From: Escherichia coli
GTDB lineage: Bacteria > Pseudomonadota > Gammaproteobacteria > Enterobacterales > Enterobacteriaceae
NCBI RefSeq assembly: GCF_003334765.1
Contig: NZ_QOWT01000004.1
Length of the DNA stretch: 64,000 nucleotides
Direction: 5' to 3' (one strand)
The translations under genes were made by a program, and so were the position numbers. The notes beneath the pieces are model-generated. The model searched no databases. It saw only the letters and a list, made by a program, of their open reading frames with translations, and was not told the DNA's origin. Below are positions 26,228 through 41,912 of this stretch, piece by piece; the stretch's first letter is position 1; every line of letters begins with the position of its first letter.

Positions 26228-27301
26228 TTAGCGGGAGTAACTGACGGCAGCGGGCAGTGAAGGCGGGGAGAACAACAGATCGCTGAATGCACGCTGTGAA
26301 AGTTTTCTTACCAGCAAGCCCGCAACAGTACAGATGAACAAACTGACAAAGGGATAAACCAGCAGGAGTGTCAGTTCGACTTGCGGCGACCAGCGTGCTG
26401 CGTTCATTTGCGCAAGCAGAGTTAAGCTGAATATTTCAACCAGAATGCGATGGGTGGTGTAGATAGCAATGGTGTTGGAGCCAATCACATTCAGCAGGCT
26501 GGTGGAGCGCATACCGAATCGTTGCTCGTATTGATAAAACAGCTTCATGATCACCACAATCGATACCAGCGACAACAGCAGCGAGATAGTAAACAACCAG
26601 GCACCGACCGCCAGAACGGTAAGCAAAGAAGCCATCAGCAGATGGCGGCGCAACGGCACCTCTTTAACACAGGTCATTATTGTTGCGCCAAACCATGCGC
26701 CAAGGCTGTAATAAGGCAAATTGCGGATCACACTGTTCATTCCCCACCACGGCGTGGGAACGAAATTAACCGCCACACTCAGCAGTACAAACAAGGCGAA
26801 TAGTGGCAGCGCCAGACGGCTAAAAATTTTACATACCACGAAATAGACAATTAACGCATACAGATACCACAAGCTGGTGCTGGCGGTGATCATCCCGTGC
26901 AGGAACTCACCGGTGGAATCGGCATAAGCGGCATTGGAGGCATTGCTTAAATCGCGCTCAGGTGCCAGCCACTGGTTCAGCGCACTTAACGCCAGCCACT
27001 GCACCACGCCCCAAAGCGCCAGCACCCAGAAGATGTTCCAGATCCGTTTATCGAGACAATTTCCCCACGGTACGCTGTCGATATAGCGGCGAATCAAATA
27101 GCCGGATATAAAGAAAAAAACCGGCATACGAAAGGGGGCAAGGTAAAGATTGAAATAGATCCAGCATTTGCTCAGGACTTCCGATAACGGATGCTGAAAA
27201 GTGGTCAGATGCGGATAAAAGGTAATGACCGAGTGATAAATCACCACCAGACAAATACATAACCCTTTGATCTGGTTAATCCATAGCTCTTTTTGTTTCA
27301 T
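26228..27301 (-). CDS. ycfT: Inner-membrane acyltransferase-family protein YcfT
   Basis: 357-aa polytopic membrane ORF; conserved position after mfd. Confidence 0.85.
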   Translation of the reverse strand: MKQKELWINQIKGLCICLVVIYHSVITFYPHLTTFQHPLSEVLSKCWIYFNLYLAPFRMPVFFFISGYLIRRYIDSVPWGNCLDKRIWNIFWVLALWGVVQWLALSALNQWLAPERDLSNASNAAYADSTGEFLHGMITASTSLWYLYALIVYFVVCKIFSRLALPLFALFVLLSVAVNFVPTPWWGMNSVIRNLPYYSLGAWFGATIMTCVKEVPLRRHLLMASLLTVLAVGAWLFTISLLLSLVSIVVIMKLFYQYEQRFGMRSTSLLNVIGSNTIAIYTTHRILVEIFSLTLLAQMNAARWSPQVELTLLLVYPFVSLFICTVAGLLVRKLSQRAFSDLLFSPPSLPAAVSYSR

Positions 27302-27451
27302 CAGGACAACACGCTCTTTTTTAATTTACATGCGGTTGATCCTGCGGGTTATGACCCGAGGTGTAATGGGTATCTGTCTGTATTGGATGATTTTTCAGAT
27401 TAAGATCAGGCGGCAAGATTGATGATAAAACATGGCAATTTAGCCGATTGA

Positions 27452-30700
<3,249 letters not shown>

Positions 30701-30728
30701 AGGCAGTACATTAAAACAAGGAGCGGCA

Positions 30729-31640
30729 ATGTATTACGGGTTTGATATTGGTGGAACAAAAATTGCGCTTGGCGTGTTTGATAGCGGTCGGCAGTTGCAG
30801 TGGGAAAAGCGGGTGCCGACACCGCGTGACAGCTATGACGCATTTTTAGATGCAGTGTGTGAGCTGGTAGCTGAAGCTGACCAACGTTTTGGCTGTAAAG
30901 GTTCTGTCGGCATCGGTATTCCGGGAATGCCGGAAACAGAAGATGGTACGCTGTATGCCGCCAATGTCCCCGCTGCCAGCGGTAAACCGCTGCGTGCCGA
31001 CCTGAGCGCACGTCTTGATCGCGATGTACGCCTTGATAACGATGCCAACTGTTTTGCCCTTTCAGAAGCCTGGGATGATGAATTTACTCAATATCCACTG
31101 GTGATGGGGTTGATTCTCGGCACCGGTGTTGGCGGCGGGCTGATTTTCAACGGCAAACCGATTACCGGTAAAAGCTACATTACCGGCGAGTTTGGCCATA
31201 TGCGTCTGCCGGTTGATGCGTTAACCATGATGGGGTTGGATTTCCCGTTACGCCGCTGCGGCTGTGGTCAGCATGGCTGCATTGAAAATTATCTGTCTGG
31301 TCGCGGTTTTGCGTGGCTGTATCAACACTATTATCATCAACCGTTGCAGGCTCCCGAAATTATTGCGCTTTATGATCAAGGCGATGAGCAGGCAAGGGCG
31401 CACGTTGAGCGTTATCTGGATTTATTAGCGGTTTGTCTGGGAAATATCCTGACCATCGTTGACCCTGACCTGGTCGTCATTGGTGGTGGCTTATCGAATT
31501 TCCCGGCAATCACAACGCAACTGGCGGACAGGCTGCCTCGTCATCTCTTACCTGTAGCTCGTGTTCCGCGCATTGAACGCGCGCGCCACGGTGATGCGGG
31601 AGGAATGCGTGGTGCGGCCTTCCTACATCTAACCGATTAA
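30729..31640 (+). CDS. nagK: N-acetyl-D-glucosamine kinase
   Basis: ORF trimmed to [18 protein letters not shown] (303 aa); ROK-family kinase. Confidence 0.9.
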
Positions 31641-31655
31641 ACAACAGAGGTTGCT

Positions 31656-32495
31656 ATGCTGTCGCGTCGGGGTCATCGGTTAAGTCGTTTTCGTAAAAAT
31701 AAACGCCGCCTGCGCGAGCGTTTGCGTCAGCGTATTTTTTTCAGAGATAAAGTGGTGCCGGAAGCAATGGAAAAACCAAGAGTACTCGTACTGACAGGGG
31801 CAGGAATTTCTGCGGAATCAGGTATTCGTACCTTTCGCGCCGCAGATGGCCTGTGGGAAGAACATCGGGTTGAAGATGTGGCAACGCCGGAAGGTTTCGA
31901 TCGCGATCCTGAACTGGTGCAAGCGTTTTATAACGCCCGTCGTCGACAGCTGCAGCAGCCAGAAATTCAGCCTAACGCCGCGCATCTTGCGCTGGCTAAA
32001 CTGCAAGACGCCCTCGGCGATCGCTTTTTGCTGGTGACGCAGAATATCGACAACCTGCATGAACGCGCAGGTAATACCAATGTGATTCATATGCATGGGG
32101 AACTGCTGAAAGTGCGTTGTTCACAAAGTGGTCAGGTTCTCGACTGGACAGGAGACGTTACCCCAGAAGATAAATGCCATTGTTGCCAGTTTCCGGCACC
32201 CTTGCGCCCGCACGTAGTGTGGTTTGGCGAAATGCCACTCGGCATGGATGAAATTTATATGGCGTTGTCGATGGCCGATATTTTCATTGCCATTGGCACA
32301 TCCGGGCATGTTTATCCGGCGGCTGGGTTTGTTCACGAAGCGAAACTGCATGGCGCGCACACCGTGGAACTGAATCTTGAACCGAGTCAGGTTGGTAATG
32401 AATTTGCCGAGAAATATTACGGCCCGGCAAGCCAGGTGGTGCCTGAGTTTGTTGAAAAGTTGCTGAAGGGATTAAAAGCGGGAAGCATTGCCTGA
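31656..32495 (+). CDS. cobB: NAD-dependent protein deacylase (sirtuin) CobB, long isoform
   Basis: 279-aa ORF with Arg-rich N-terminal extension; internal alternative start at 31767 ([19 protein letters not shown]) would give the 242-aa short form. Confidence 0.9.
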   Translation: MLSRRGHRLSRFRKNKRRLRERLRQRIFFRDKVVPEAMEKPRVLVLTGAGISAESGIRTFRAADGLWEEHRVEDVATPEGFDRDPELVQAFYNARRRQLQQPEIQPNAAHLALAKLQDALGDRFLLVTQNIDNLHERAGNTNVIHMHGELLKVRCSQSGQVLDWTGDVTPEDKCHCCQFPAPLRPHVVWFGEMPLGMDEIYMALSMADIFIAIGTSGHVYPAAGFVHEAKLHGAHTVELNLEPSQVGNEFAEKYYGPASQVVPEFVEKLLKGLKAGSIA

Positions 32496-32504
32496 TGCAC
32501 TACG

Positions 32505-32592
32505 CTTATCAGGCCTGCAAGGGGACGCAATTAATTGAATTTGCGGGTTTTGTGGGCCGGATAAGGCGTTCGCGCCCCATCCGGCATAATAC
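32505..32592. repeat. REP palindromic element(s) downstream of cobB
   Basis: gccggataaggcgttcgcgccccatccggc and cgcttatcaggcctgcaag match the REP consensus. Confidence 0.8.
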
Positions 32593-32614
32593 ACGCGCAC
32601 TTTTCCGGCCTCTT

Positions 32615-33403
32615 TTATCGTTTACTCGTCAATAACAATGCGGCAATAAACGTACAGACACCAATTAGCCCTGCCCAGAGTGGCGATATTCTGGTAATCG
32701 CAAAGCTATTATCGATATACAAACATAAAGCCTGATAACCCATATTGGCAATAGTCATCGCCACTGCAAATTTTAACGCATAAATAAAACGAGTCGTGTA
32801 GTAAAAGATCCTGGAAAATAAGATAAACGTCGCAGCCCAGGCGATAAAACCTAATGTGTTGGTGCTGCCGGGGGGAGCATTTTCATGCTGTTGTCCTGGA
32901 TGCGGATAATACGTTAGTGGCGGCGTCGATTGTTTTAATATCTGTGCTTGTAGAACAGCCAATGCATTATTGATTCCCTGATACCAGAGATCTGCATTTA
33001 AATAAGCCAGCGTGTGATTTTCTATCAGAAGGCCGAGATGTTTATCGTCCAGACCACTTTCAACCTGGCCGTTGGTGATCATAATTAACCGTGGTTCGCG
33101 GGTAGTAAATAGTAACAGAACACTTCCTTTTACATCACTCAATGAAGATGACGCATGCGCCAGCATCGCTTTACCATTTTGTCTGAGACTGGCTTCATTA
33201 TTAATGTCGGGTAAAACCACAATAAACGGTGCAATTCCCGTTTGTTGGCGAAAAAGCTCGGCTTTATGCGCGATCTCTTCAGCATCTGGTACAGTACCGG
33301 TAACGTCCGTAAAAAGTGTCTTCATTATTGGAATTAATGGCTTGCTGGCTGCTGTCAGAGGCAGGAGTATCAGTAAACTGAGCAGTATAATGAATTTTTT
33401 CAT
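32615..33403 (-). CDS. ycfZ: Membrane protein YcfZ
   Basis: 262-aa ORF with signal peptide and C-terminal transmembrane segments; conserved position. Confidence 0.85.
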   Translation of the reverse strand: MKKFIILLSLLILLPLTAASKPLIPIMKTLFTDVTGTVPDAEEIAHKAELFRQQTGIAPFIVVLPDINNEASLRQNGKAMLAHASSSLSDVKGSVLLLFTTREPRLIMITNGQVESGLDDKHLGLLIENHTLAYLNADLWYQGINNALAVLQAQILKQSTPPLTYYPHPGQQHENAPPGSTNTLGFIAWAATFILFSRIFYYTTRFIYALKFAVAMTIANMGYQALCLYIDNSFAITRISPLWAGLIGVCTFIAALLLTSKR

Positions 33404-33870
33404 GGGCGGGACTTCCGTTTCCTGCGTGATTTTTTAGAGGAGGGCATACTTATTAATAAACCGACGGCGATAAAAATAACGCCCATAATGCCGATAAACC
33501 CCCATTTAAAAAAATTAACCCACGGGTTATTTATCTCAGCCTTTTCAGGATGCCCGGGAGAATAATAAACATTAACTTTATCGCCTTCGCTGTCTTCATA
33601 AAAATCGCTGCCGATACTCGAATTGAAAATTAGCGTGTAATCTGGCGTCGGTCGAAAGGCAATGACGGGATACCACGAACCATCTTTACCCGTGCGATGA
33701 GAATGACTGGAGTGCCAGACGGTATCAACAATGACGCCTTCGGTATGAATCGCGTCTTTGCTATAGGTGAACTGGTTATAAAAGACAACAACAGAAATGA
33801 GGATCAGTACCAGACCGATACCGAGGAATATACGAAAGAAAACTTTACTGTCCTGACTCATTAGCCACAT
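33400..33870 (-). CDS. ymfA: Inner-membrane protein YmfA
   Basis: 156-aa ORF with two transmembrane helices; overlaps ycfZ start. Confidence 0.83.
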   Translation of the reverse strand: MWLMSQDSKVFFRIFLGIGLVLILISVVVFYNQFTYSKDAIHTEGVIVDTVWHSSHSHRTGKDGSWYPVIAFRPTPDYTLIFNSSIGSDFYEDSEGDKVNVYYSPGHPEKAEINNPWVNFFKWGFIGIMGVIFIAVGLLISMPSSKKSRRKRKSRP

Positions 33871-33918
33871 CCTTGCTAACTAAAAAACGGGCGGTAATAC
33901 CACCGCCCGCTTGCTGAA

Positions 33919-34965
33919 TTAACGTCCTGCTTTCAGCTTCTGATAATACTCTTCATAAATGCTGCTGGCTGCGCCAACGTCATTCTGCCATTCGCCATTT
34001 TTAATGGTTTCAGCATCCGGGTAGAGTGTTTTATCGTTCGCCACTTCTGGACTTAACAGCTTACGCGCCGCAAGGTTTGGCGTTGGATAACCGATAGTTT
34101 CAGCAACCTGTTTTGCCACATCCGGGCGCAGCAGGAAGTTGATCAATTTCAGCGCGCCTTCTTTGTTTTTGGCATTTGCCGGGATCGCCAGGCTGTCCAT
34201 CCAGAAAATGCCGCCTTCTTTCGGCCACACCACGTCAATTGGCGTACCCGCCTGGCGTGCAACGAAAGCAGAACCGTTCCAGATCATGCCGAGGTTAACT
34301 TCGCCTTCCATGTACGGGTTCGCCGGGTTATCGGAGTTAAAGGCTGCCACGTTTGGCATCAGTTTTTTCAGCTCGTTATATGCAGCTTCAATCTCTTTCG
34401 GATCGGTGGTGTTACCGGAGTAGCCCAGCTTACGCAGCGCCATCTGGAACACTTCACGGGCATCGTCGGTCAACAGCAGGCTGCCTTTGTACTCTGGCTT
34501 CCACAGATCGGCCCAGCTGGTGACAGATTTCGGATCCACCGCATCACCGTTAACACCAATCGCCGTCGCACCCCAGATATACGGAATGGAGTAGTCGTTA
34601 TTCGGGTCAAAAGGCTTGTTGAGCATGTCTGGATCGAGATTGCTGAAGTTTGTTAACTTCGACTTGTCGATCTTCTGGATCATCCCTTCTTTACGCATTT
34701 TATCAACGTAATAGGTTGAAGGAACCACCAGATCATAGGCACCGTCTTTGTATGTTTTCAGCTTGGCGTACATGGTTTCGTTCGACTCGTAAGTCGAATA
34801 GATAACCTTAATACCGGTTTCTTTGGTGAACTGTTCAAGCAGTCCTGGCGGCACGTACTCGGTCCAGTTGTAGAAATACAGCGTGTTGTTGTCATCGGCG
34901 TGAGCGGCGCTCATGCCCAGTGCCAGAGCACCCGCCGCGAGCAGGTGGCGTGACCATTTTTTCAT
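33919..34965 (-). CDS. potD: Spermidine/putrescine ABC transporter periplasmic binding protein
   Basis: 348-aa ORF with signal peptide; last gene of potABCD. Confidence 0.95.
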   Translation of the reverse strand: MKKWSRHLLAAGALALGMSAAHADDNNTLYFYNWTEYVPPGLLEQFTKETGIKVIYSTYESNETMYAKLKTYKDGAYDLVVPSTYYVDKMRKEGMIQKIDKSKLTNFSNLDPDMLNKPFDPNNDYSIPYIWGATAIGVNGDAVDPKSVTSWADLWKPEYKGSLLLTDDAREVFQMALRKLGYSGNTTDPKEIEAAYNELKKLMPNVAAFNSDNPANPYMEGEVNLGMIWNGSAFVARQAGTPIDVVWPKEGGIFWMDSLAIPANAKNKEGALKLINFLLRPDVAKQVAETIGYPTPNLAARKLLSPEVANDKTLYPDAETIKNGEWQNDVGAASSIYEEYYQKLKAGR

Positions 34966-35756
34966 TTAACGTCCCCTGTGTTACCTTTCGTTTTATCACG
35001 AGCAATAAGCTGGCTGGCAATAACCATCACCAGCGACAGCACCAGTAATATGGTTGCCAGCGCGTTAACTTCCGGCGATACGCCGACTTTGACCATCGAA
35101 TAAATTTTTAACGGCAGAATTTCATAACTTGGTCCGGTGACGAACGAAGAAACTACCACATCGTCCATCGACAGGGTAAAGCTTAACACCCAGCCCGCCG
35201 CCACCGCTGGCATTGCCAGTGGCAGAATGATTTTTCGCAGAATGGTAAATTCGCTGGCACCGAGATCTTTCGCCGCTTCCAGCATTCGCACGTCAAAACC
35301 TTTCAGGCGCGAATACACCGTCACCACCACAAATGGCAGGCAGAAGGTGATATGCGAGAACAGCAGCGACCAGAAGCCAAGCTGAATACCCAGCAGCATA
35401 AACAGCACCAGCAGCGAAATCGCCATCACGATATCTGGTGACATCATCACCACAAACAGCATTCCGCTAACGAACGGCTTACCACGAAAGCGATAACGGT
35501 ACAGCGCAACTGCCGTCAGTGAACCGATAAGCGTAGCAAACGTCGCCGAAAACACCGCCATTGTTAGTGAATGCTGCGCTGCCTGTAACAGGCTGTCGTT
35601 GTTCATCAGCAGGCTATACCATTTGGTGGTAAAACCCTGCCAGTTGATGCCAAAGCGCGAGCTGTTAAAGGAGTTCACAATCAAAATAATGATTGGGATA
35701 TACAGGTACGCGTAGATAGCGGTCATAAAACCGCCGCGAAGCAGTCGACCGATCAT
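34962..35756 (-). CDS. potC: Spermidine/putrescine ABC transporter permease
   Basis: 264-aa membrane ORF overlapping potD start and potB stop. Confidence 0.95.
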   Translation of the reverse strand: MIGRLLRGGFMTAIYAYLYIPIIILIVNSFNSSRFGINWQGFTTKWYSLLMNNDSLLQAAQHSLTMAVFSATFATLIGSLTAVALYRYRFRGKPFVSGMLFVVMMSPDIVMAISLLVLFMLLGIQLGFWSLLFSHITFCLPFVVVTVYSRLKGFDVRMLEAAKDLGASEFTILRKIILPLAMPAVAAGWVLSFTLSMDDVVVSSFVTGPSYEILPLKIYSMVKVGVSPEVNALATILLVLSLVMVIASQLIARDKTKGNTGDVK

Positions 35757-36610
35757 TCGAGTTCCACCTTCTTATTCAGCAAACGAGAAGCGCGCCAGTA
35801 AACCAGCAACATCAGGCCCATTACGATAGTCAGCGTAATGCTGGTAGCTGCACCAAACGGCCAGTCACGAATATTAAGGAACTGGACCTTGATGACGTTA
35901 CCGATCAGCAGGTTTTTCGCACCGCCCATCAGGTCGGATACATAGAACAGGCCCATCGCTGGCAGCATCACCAGCAGACATCCGGCAATAATTCCCGGCA
36001 TCGTCAGTGGAATAATGATACGGATAAAAGTCTGTAACTTGCTGGCACCGAGATCGCGCGCCGCCTCAAGCAACGGCTTATCCAGTTTTTCGATACTGGA
36101 GTACAGCGGCATCACCATAAACGGCAGCAGAATGTAAACCAGACCGATAATCACCGCACTGGGCGTGAACATGATACGGATTGGTGTGTCGATAACGCCC
36201 AGCCAGAGCAAAAACTCGTTGAGATAGCCTTTGGTGCTGAGGAAAATTTTCAGCCCGTAGATACGAATTAATGAGTTGGTCCAGAACGGAACAATCAGCA
36301 GAAACAGCAGCAGCGGACGCACCTTGTGTGGCAACTTCGCCAGAAACCAGGCAAACGGGTAGCCCAGCACCAGGCAGGCGAGGGTGGCGATCAGCGCCAT
36401 ATTCAGCGAGTGCAATAGCACTTCAAAATAGAGCGGATCGAGCAGACGCGTGTAGTTATCCAGCGTAAAGACCATTTTGACAAAACTGGCGTCGTCGCGG
36501 GTCAAAAAGCTGGTGCCAATGATCATCAGGTTGGGCAGAAAGACAAACAACACAAGCCAACCGACAATAGTGACAATCACTACATTCTGGAACTTACTTG
36601 TGTTCTTCAT
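35753..36610 (-). CDS. potB: Spermidine/putrescine ABC transporter permease
   Basis: 285-aa membrane ORF; true start may lie a few codons downstream. Confidence 0.92.
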
Positions 36611-37730
36611 CAGCCAGTACGACCTCCCAGCTTTCTACCCAATTAATGGCCATTTTTTGGTCGAGAGAGTGGTCAAAGTCAGGATCGTCTTCATTGAAGA
36701 ATTCGCTGACCATCACCATCTTGCCATTTTCCAGTTCAACAACCGACTCCAGCGTCATGCCTTTGTAGTTACGCTCGCGAACGTAACCAATCAGCCCTTC
36801 AGCGTGGTTGTCGTCGTTAATCTCTTCAACACGTAAGTCTTCCGGGCGCAGCAGAACATGCAGTTTTTGCCCCGGTTCAACGGCGAAGTTAACGTAGATA
36901 TTACATTCGCGGCCTTCAACGTTGGCGCGTACGCGCTGCTCGTCTAGACGTTCGATGACAGTGGCGTTAAACATATTGATTTCGCCAATGAAGCCGGCAA
37001 CAAACAGGTTTTTCGGCTCTTCGTAGATTTCACGCGGCGTGCCGTCTTGCTCAATGCGACCATCGCGCATCACCACAATCCTGTCTGACATGGTGAGTGC
37101 TTCTTCCTGGTCGTGAGTCACAAAGACGAATGTAATGCCAAGCTTACGCTGTAACGCTTTCAGCTCGTTCTGCATTTGCTTACGCAGTTTGTAATCCAGC
37201 GCTGAGAGCGACTCATCCAGCAACAACAGACGAGGCTTGTTAACCACCGCGCGAGCAATGGCGACGCGTTGCTGTTGACCACCAGAGAGCTGATGCGGTT
37301 TGCGTTGAGCGAAGGTTTCCAACTGCACCATCCGCAGGGCTTCCATCACGCGGGGCGTAATTTCAGCAGCGGGGGTTTTTTGCATGCGCAACCCAAAGGC
37401 CACATTTTCGAACACGGTCATGTGGGGGAAAAGTGCGTAGCTTTGGAAAACAGTGTTCACATAGCGGTTTTCCGCCGGAACGTGGGTGATGTCCTCGTTA
37501 TCCAGCATGATGCGTCCGGAATCAACAGTTTCCAGACCTGCAATCAGGCGAAGAACGGTTGTTTTACCGCAGCCAGAAGGGCCAAGCAGCGTGAGGAACT
37601 CGCCATTGTTGATAGTCAGATCCAGCTGGGGAATGACCTCTTTACCATCAAAGCATTTGCGAATTCCCGCCAATTGCACCAGCGGTGAAAGCGAACTCGG
37701 TTGTTTATTCAATTTTTTACTCTGTCCCAT
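36594..37730 (-). CDS. potA: Spermidine/putrescine ABC transporter ATPase
   Basis: 378-aa ORF with Walker [10 protein letters not shown] and LSGGQQQR signature. Confidence 0.95.
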
Positions 37731-37979
37731 GTAAACGCAACGGATGGCTTACCGATGCGGGGTTTGTGGTTAACCACCTTGGTGACTCTTAATGAGGGCG
37801 GTAATTCTACGGCAAACCGCTTGAATCGCCAATCTTTGTTGTGAATTACTGGCTTAGCTTTATATTCATTAAGGTAATGCTGATAAATATTCCCGCTTGC
37901 AGGGGTAAAAGTGACCTGACGCAATATTTGTCTTTTCTTGCTTCTTAATAATGTTGTCACAAAAAGTGAGGGTGACTAC

Positions 37980-39206
37980 ATGGATAAACTACTTGAGCGA
38001 TTTTTGAACTACGTGTCTCTGGATACCCAATCAAAAGCAGGGGTGAGACAGGTTCCCAGCACGGAAGGCCAATGGAAGTTATTGCATCTGCTGAAAGAGC
38101 AGCTCGAAGAGATGGGGCTTATCAATGTGACCTTAAGTGAGAAGGGCACTTTGATGGCGACGTTACCGGCTAACGTCCCTGGCGATATCCCGGCGATTGG
38201 CTTTATTTCTCATGTGGATACCTCACCGGATTGCAGCGGCAAAAATGTGAATCCGCAAATTGTTGAAAACTATCGCGGTGGCGATATTGCGCTGGGTATC
38301 GGCGATGAAGTTTTATCACCGGTTATGTTCCCGGTGCTGCATCAGCTACTGGGTCAGACGCTGATTACCACCGATGGTAAAACCTTGTTAGGTGCCGATG
38401 ACAAAGCAGGTATTGCAGAAATCATGACCGCGCTGGCGGTATTGCAACAGAAAAAAATTCCGCATGGTGATATTCGCGTCGCCTTTACCCCGGATGAAGA
38501 AGTGGGCAAAGGGGCGAAACATTTTGATGTTGACGCCTTCGATGCCCGCTGGGCTTACACTGTTGATGGTGGTGGCGTAGGCGAACTGGAGTTTGAAAAC
38601 TTCAACGCCGCGTCGGTCAATATCAAAATTGTCGGTAACAATGTTCATCCGGGCACGGCGAAAGGAGTGATGGTAAATGCGCTGTCGCTGGCGGCACGTA
38701 TTCATGCGGAAGTTCCGGCGGATGAAAGCCCGGAAATGACAGAAGGCTATGAAGGTTTCTATCATCTGGCGAGCATGAAAGGCACCGTTGAACGGGCCGA
38801 TATGCACTACATCATCCGTGATTTCGACCGTAAACAGTTTGAAGCGCGTAAACGTAAAATGATGGAGATCGCCAAAAAAGTGGGCAAAGGGTTACATCCT
38901 GATTGCTACATTGAACTGGTGATTGAAGACAGTTACTACAATATGCGCGAGAAAGTGGTTGAGCATCCGCATATTCTCGATATCGCCCAGCAGGCGATGC
39001 GCGATTGCGATATTGAACCGGAACTGAAACCGATCCGCGGTGGTACCGACGGCGCGCAGTTGTCGTTTATGGGATTACCGTGCCCGAACCTGTTCACTGG
39101 CGGTTACAACTATCATGGTAAGCATGAGTTTGTGACTCTGGAAGGTATGGAAAAAGCGGTGCAGGTGATCGTCCGTATTGCCGAGTTAACGGCGCAACGG
39201 AAGTAA
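37980..39206 (+). CDS. pepT: Peptidase T (tripeptide aminopeptidase)
   Basis: ORF trimmed to [18 protein letters not shown] (408 aa); M20 metallopeptidase. Confidence 0.93.
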
Positions 39207-39214
39207 GCGAAAAG

Positions 39215-39239
39215 GGATGCGGCATGTGATGCCGCATCC
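39215..39239. terminator. Stem-loop between convergent pepT and roxA
   Basis: 11-bp perfect stem ggatgcggcat/atgccgcatcc with 3-nt loop; no strong T-run on either side. Confidence 0.55.
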
Positions 39240-39254
39240 GGCTTAAATCCAAAC

Positions 39255-40376
39255 TTACCCTTCGAAGAACCAATACCCGCTATTGACCAGCGCCGCGAGC
39301 ATCGCGAGGAATGACGGATCTTCCAGCGCATCGCCAAAATTCTCCGCAGTCAGCGCAATGTTGCTGGCGAGTGCATCCAGTGCCGGACGGTGCGGGGAAT
39401 CGATCTTCTCACCATTGGCATACACGTCGTCGCCAATGCGCAATACGCGCAGACCACCCAGGCGCACCAGCACTTCACCTTGTTTCAGCGCATCGTAGAT
39501 TTCATCCGGCTGATAAGGCGGCTCTGGCGGCGCGATATCCAGTTCATGACGTGACTGGGATATAAACTCGCCAAACCATTGCTTAAAGTGTTCCGGCTGG
39601 TTGATCAATTCGAGCATCATCTCACGCAGTTTATCCATCTCTTGCGGCAGAACATCCGCAGGATGAGCGCGAGGTGGAACATCCGGATCGCTGTAGTAGT
39701 TGCCGCCCAGTTCACGTTGCAGCACATAATCGGCAAATCCACTAATCAGTTCCCGCGTATTTGGCGCGCGAAAGCCCACGGAATAGTTCATCGCATTTTC
39801 CAGCGCGTAGCCTTCATGCGGGAATCCTGGCGGAATATAAAGAATATCACCAGGCTCCAGCTCTTCATCGATGATGGCTTCGAACGGATCGACCTGTAAC
39901 AGATCCGGATGTGGGCAGTGCTGTTTCATTTGCAGCTTTTCGCCCACTCGCCAGCGACGACGTCCGGTACCCTGAATGATAAACACGTCGTACTGATCGA
40001 GATGCGGACCGACGCCGCCGCCGGGTACAGAAAAAGAAATCATCAGATCATCAATACGCCAGTCCGGTAGTTCACGGAACGGTCGCATCAGCGCGGCGGT
40101 CGGCTCATGCCAGTGGTTCACTGCCTGTACCAGTAATGACCAGTTGGTTTCACCGAGATGATCGTAGCTTTCGAACGGGCCGTGGCTGACCTGCCATTTG
40201 CCATCCTGGTGACTGACCAGTCGACTGTCAACTTCGCTTTCCATCGCCAGACCCGCCAACTCGTCTGGAGAGATCGGGTCAATAAAATTATTAAAGCCGC
40301 GTTTTAACACCACCGGGCGTTTCTGCCAGTGACGTTCAAGAAAATCGGGCCAGTTAAGAGTGAGTTGGTATTCCAT
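39255..40376 (-). CDS. roxA: Ribosomal protein uL16 arginine hydroxylase (JmjC/cupin) RoxA (YcfD)
   Basis: ORF trimmed to MEYQLTLNWPDF (373 aa); cupin-fold oxygenase. Confidence 0.9.
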   Translation of the reverse strand: MEYQLTLNWPDFLERHWQKRPVVLKRGFNNFIDPISPDELAGLAMESEVDSRLVSHQDGKWQVSHGPFESYDHLGETNWSLLVQAVNHWHEPTAALMRPFRELPDWRIDDLMISFSVPGGGVGPHLDQYDVFIIQGTGRRRWRVGEKLQMKQHCPHPDLLQVDPFEAIIDEELEPGDILYIPPGFPHEGYALENAMNYSVGFRAPNTRELISGFADYVLQRELGGNYYSDPDVPPRAHPADVLPQEMDKLREMMLELINQPEHFKQWFGEFISQSRHELDIAPPEPPYQPDEIYDALKQGEVLVRLGGLRVLRIGDDVYANGEKIDSPHRPALDALASNIALTAENFGDALEDPSFLAMLAALVNSGYWFFEG

Positions 40377-40451
40377 GTTAAGCATCCACAGGCTGGTATC
40401 TGCAACCGATTATAACGGATGCTTAACGTAATGCGTGAAGTATGGGCATAT

Positions 40452-41912
40452 TTATTCATCTTTCGGCGCAGAATGCTGGCGACCAAAAATCACCTCCATC
40501 CGCGCACCGCCCAGCATGCTCTCTCCGGCGACGATTTTACCCTCATATTGCTCGGTGATTTCGCGGGCTACCGCCAGCCCTACACCTTGCCCAGGGCGTA
40601 AAGTATCAACCCGTTGACCACGGTCGAAAATGACCTCTCGCTTGCTTAATGGAATACCGGGGCCATCATCCTCGACCACAATATAGAGATGCTCGTCGGT
40701 TTGCCTTGCAGAAATTTCGACAAACTCGAGGCAATATTTACAGGCATTATCCAGCACGTTGCCCATCACCTCGACAAAATCGTTCTGCTCACCGACAAAG
40801 CTGATCTCTGGCGAAATATCGAGAGAGATATTGACCCCTTTGCGTTGATACACTTTGTTCAGCGCTGAGGTGAGATTGTCCAGCAGTGGGGCGACCGGAT
40901 GCAGCTCGCGGCTGAGCAATGTCCCGCCGCGCATACTGGCACGATGCAGGTAGTAGCCAATTTGCTGTGAAATGCGGCTGATTTGCTCCAGCATTACCGG
41001 CTCAGCATCACTGACGCTCATCTTTTCACTACGCAGAGAACGCAGCGTACTTTGCAGCACCGCCAGTGGCGTTTTCAGACTATGGGTCAGGTCGGTGAGC
41101 GTCGTACGGTATTTGTCGTAACGTTCGCGTTCACTTTTTAACAATCGGTTCAGGTTTCGTACCAGACTGGTCAGTTCTCGCGTTGTGGCTGGATTGAGCA
41201 ATTCGCGGTTATGTTCTTCCAGTTCGCGGACTTCTTTTGCCAGGGCTTCGATGGGGCGTAAACTCCACCAGGCGGCGACCCACAGCAGCGGGATCACTAA
41301 CAGCAGATTGGCTGAGAGCACATAGATAAACCAGCTCCAGACCATATAGGAACTTTTTAGCTCCACCGGAATGGTATCCACCACCACAATGGTTAATTTT
41401 GGCATCCGCGATGTTGCCGGGTAGACGTTTACTGCCACCGAGTGGGTCATCTCCGCGTCGTCATCATCTTCCCGCACTTCCTGCAACTGTTGCTGTATCG
41501 AATGATCTCCACTCAGCAAGAGGCTGGTATCGTTAACATCCGCTTCAATTTCATGAAAACCATTCGATTTCAGCCAGTCAGGCTGGATCATCTTCATCAG
41601 CCAGGGCACGTCACGTTGCGCCCATAAAAGCTGCCCGTTCTCATCATAAATTAGCGTCATGGTGGGGCTTTGCTTGTCGATATTTTCGGGTAACTCGACA
41701 TGCAACTTATTGTTTTCCCACTTCGCAAGGGTATAGAACAGATTGCTCTCGCCACGTAACAGCCGAAACGTAGTTTTATCGAAACTGACGCTATAACCGA
41801 TCAGCGCGACCATTCCGTAGGCAAGCGAAAGCACCAGTACTACCGCTGCCGTTGCCAACAGAAAACGTACCCGCAGCGAGAGCGGGAAAAAAAGACGCAG
41901 TAATTTTTTCAT
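40452..41912 (-). CDS. phoQ: Mg2+-sensing histidine kinase PhoQ
   Basis: 486-aa ORF with two transmembrane helices, HAMP and H-box (LTHSLKTPL); start overlaps phoP stop. Confidence 0.97.
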   Translation of the reverse strand: MKKLLRLFFPLSLRVRFLLATAAVVLVLSLAYGMVALIGYSVSFDKTTFRLLRGESNLFYTLAKWENNKLHVELPENIDKQSPTMTLIYDENGQLLWAQRDVPWLMKMIQPDWLKSNGFHEIEADVNDTSLLLSGDHSIQQQLQEVREDDDDAEMTHSVAVNVYPATSRMPKLTIVVVDTIPVELKSSYMVWSWFIYVLSANLLLVIPLLWVAAWWSLRPIEALAKEVRELEEHNRELLNPATTRELTSLVRNLNRLLKSERERYDKYRTTLTDLTHSLKTPLAVLQSTLRSLRSEKMSVSDAEPVMLEQISRISQQIGYYLHRASMRGGTLLSRELHPVAPLLDNLTSALNKVYQRKGVNISLDISPEISFVGEQNDFVEVMGNVLDNACKYCLEFVEISARQTDEHLYIVVEDDGPGIPLSKREVIFDRGQRVDTLRPGQGVGLAVAREITEQYEGKIVAGESMLGGARMEVIFGRQHSAPKDE

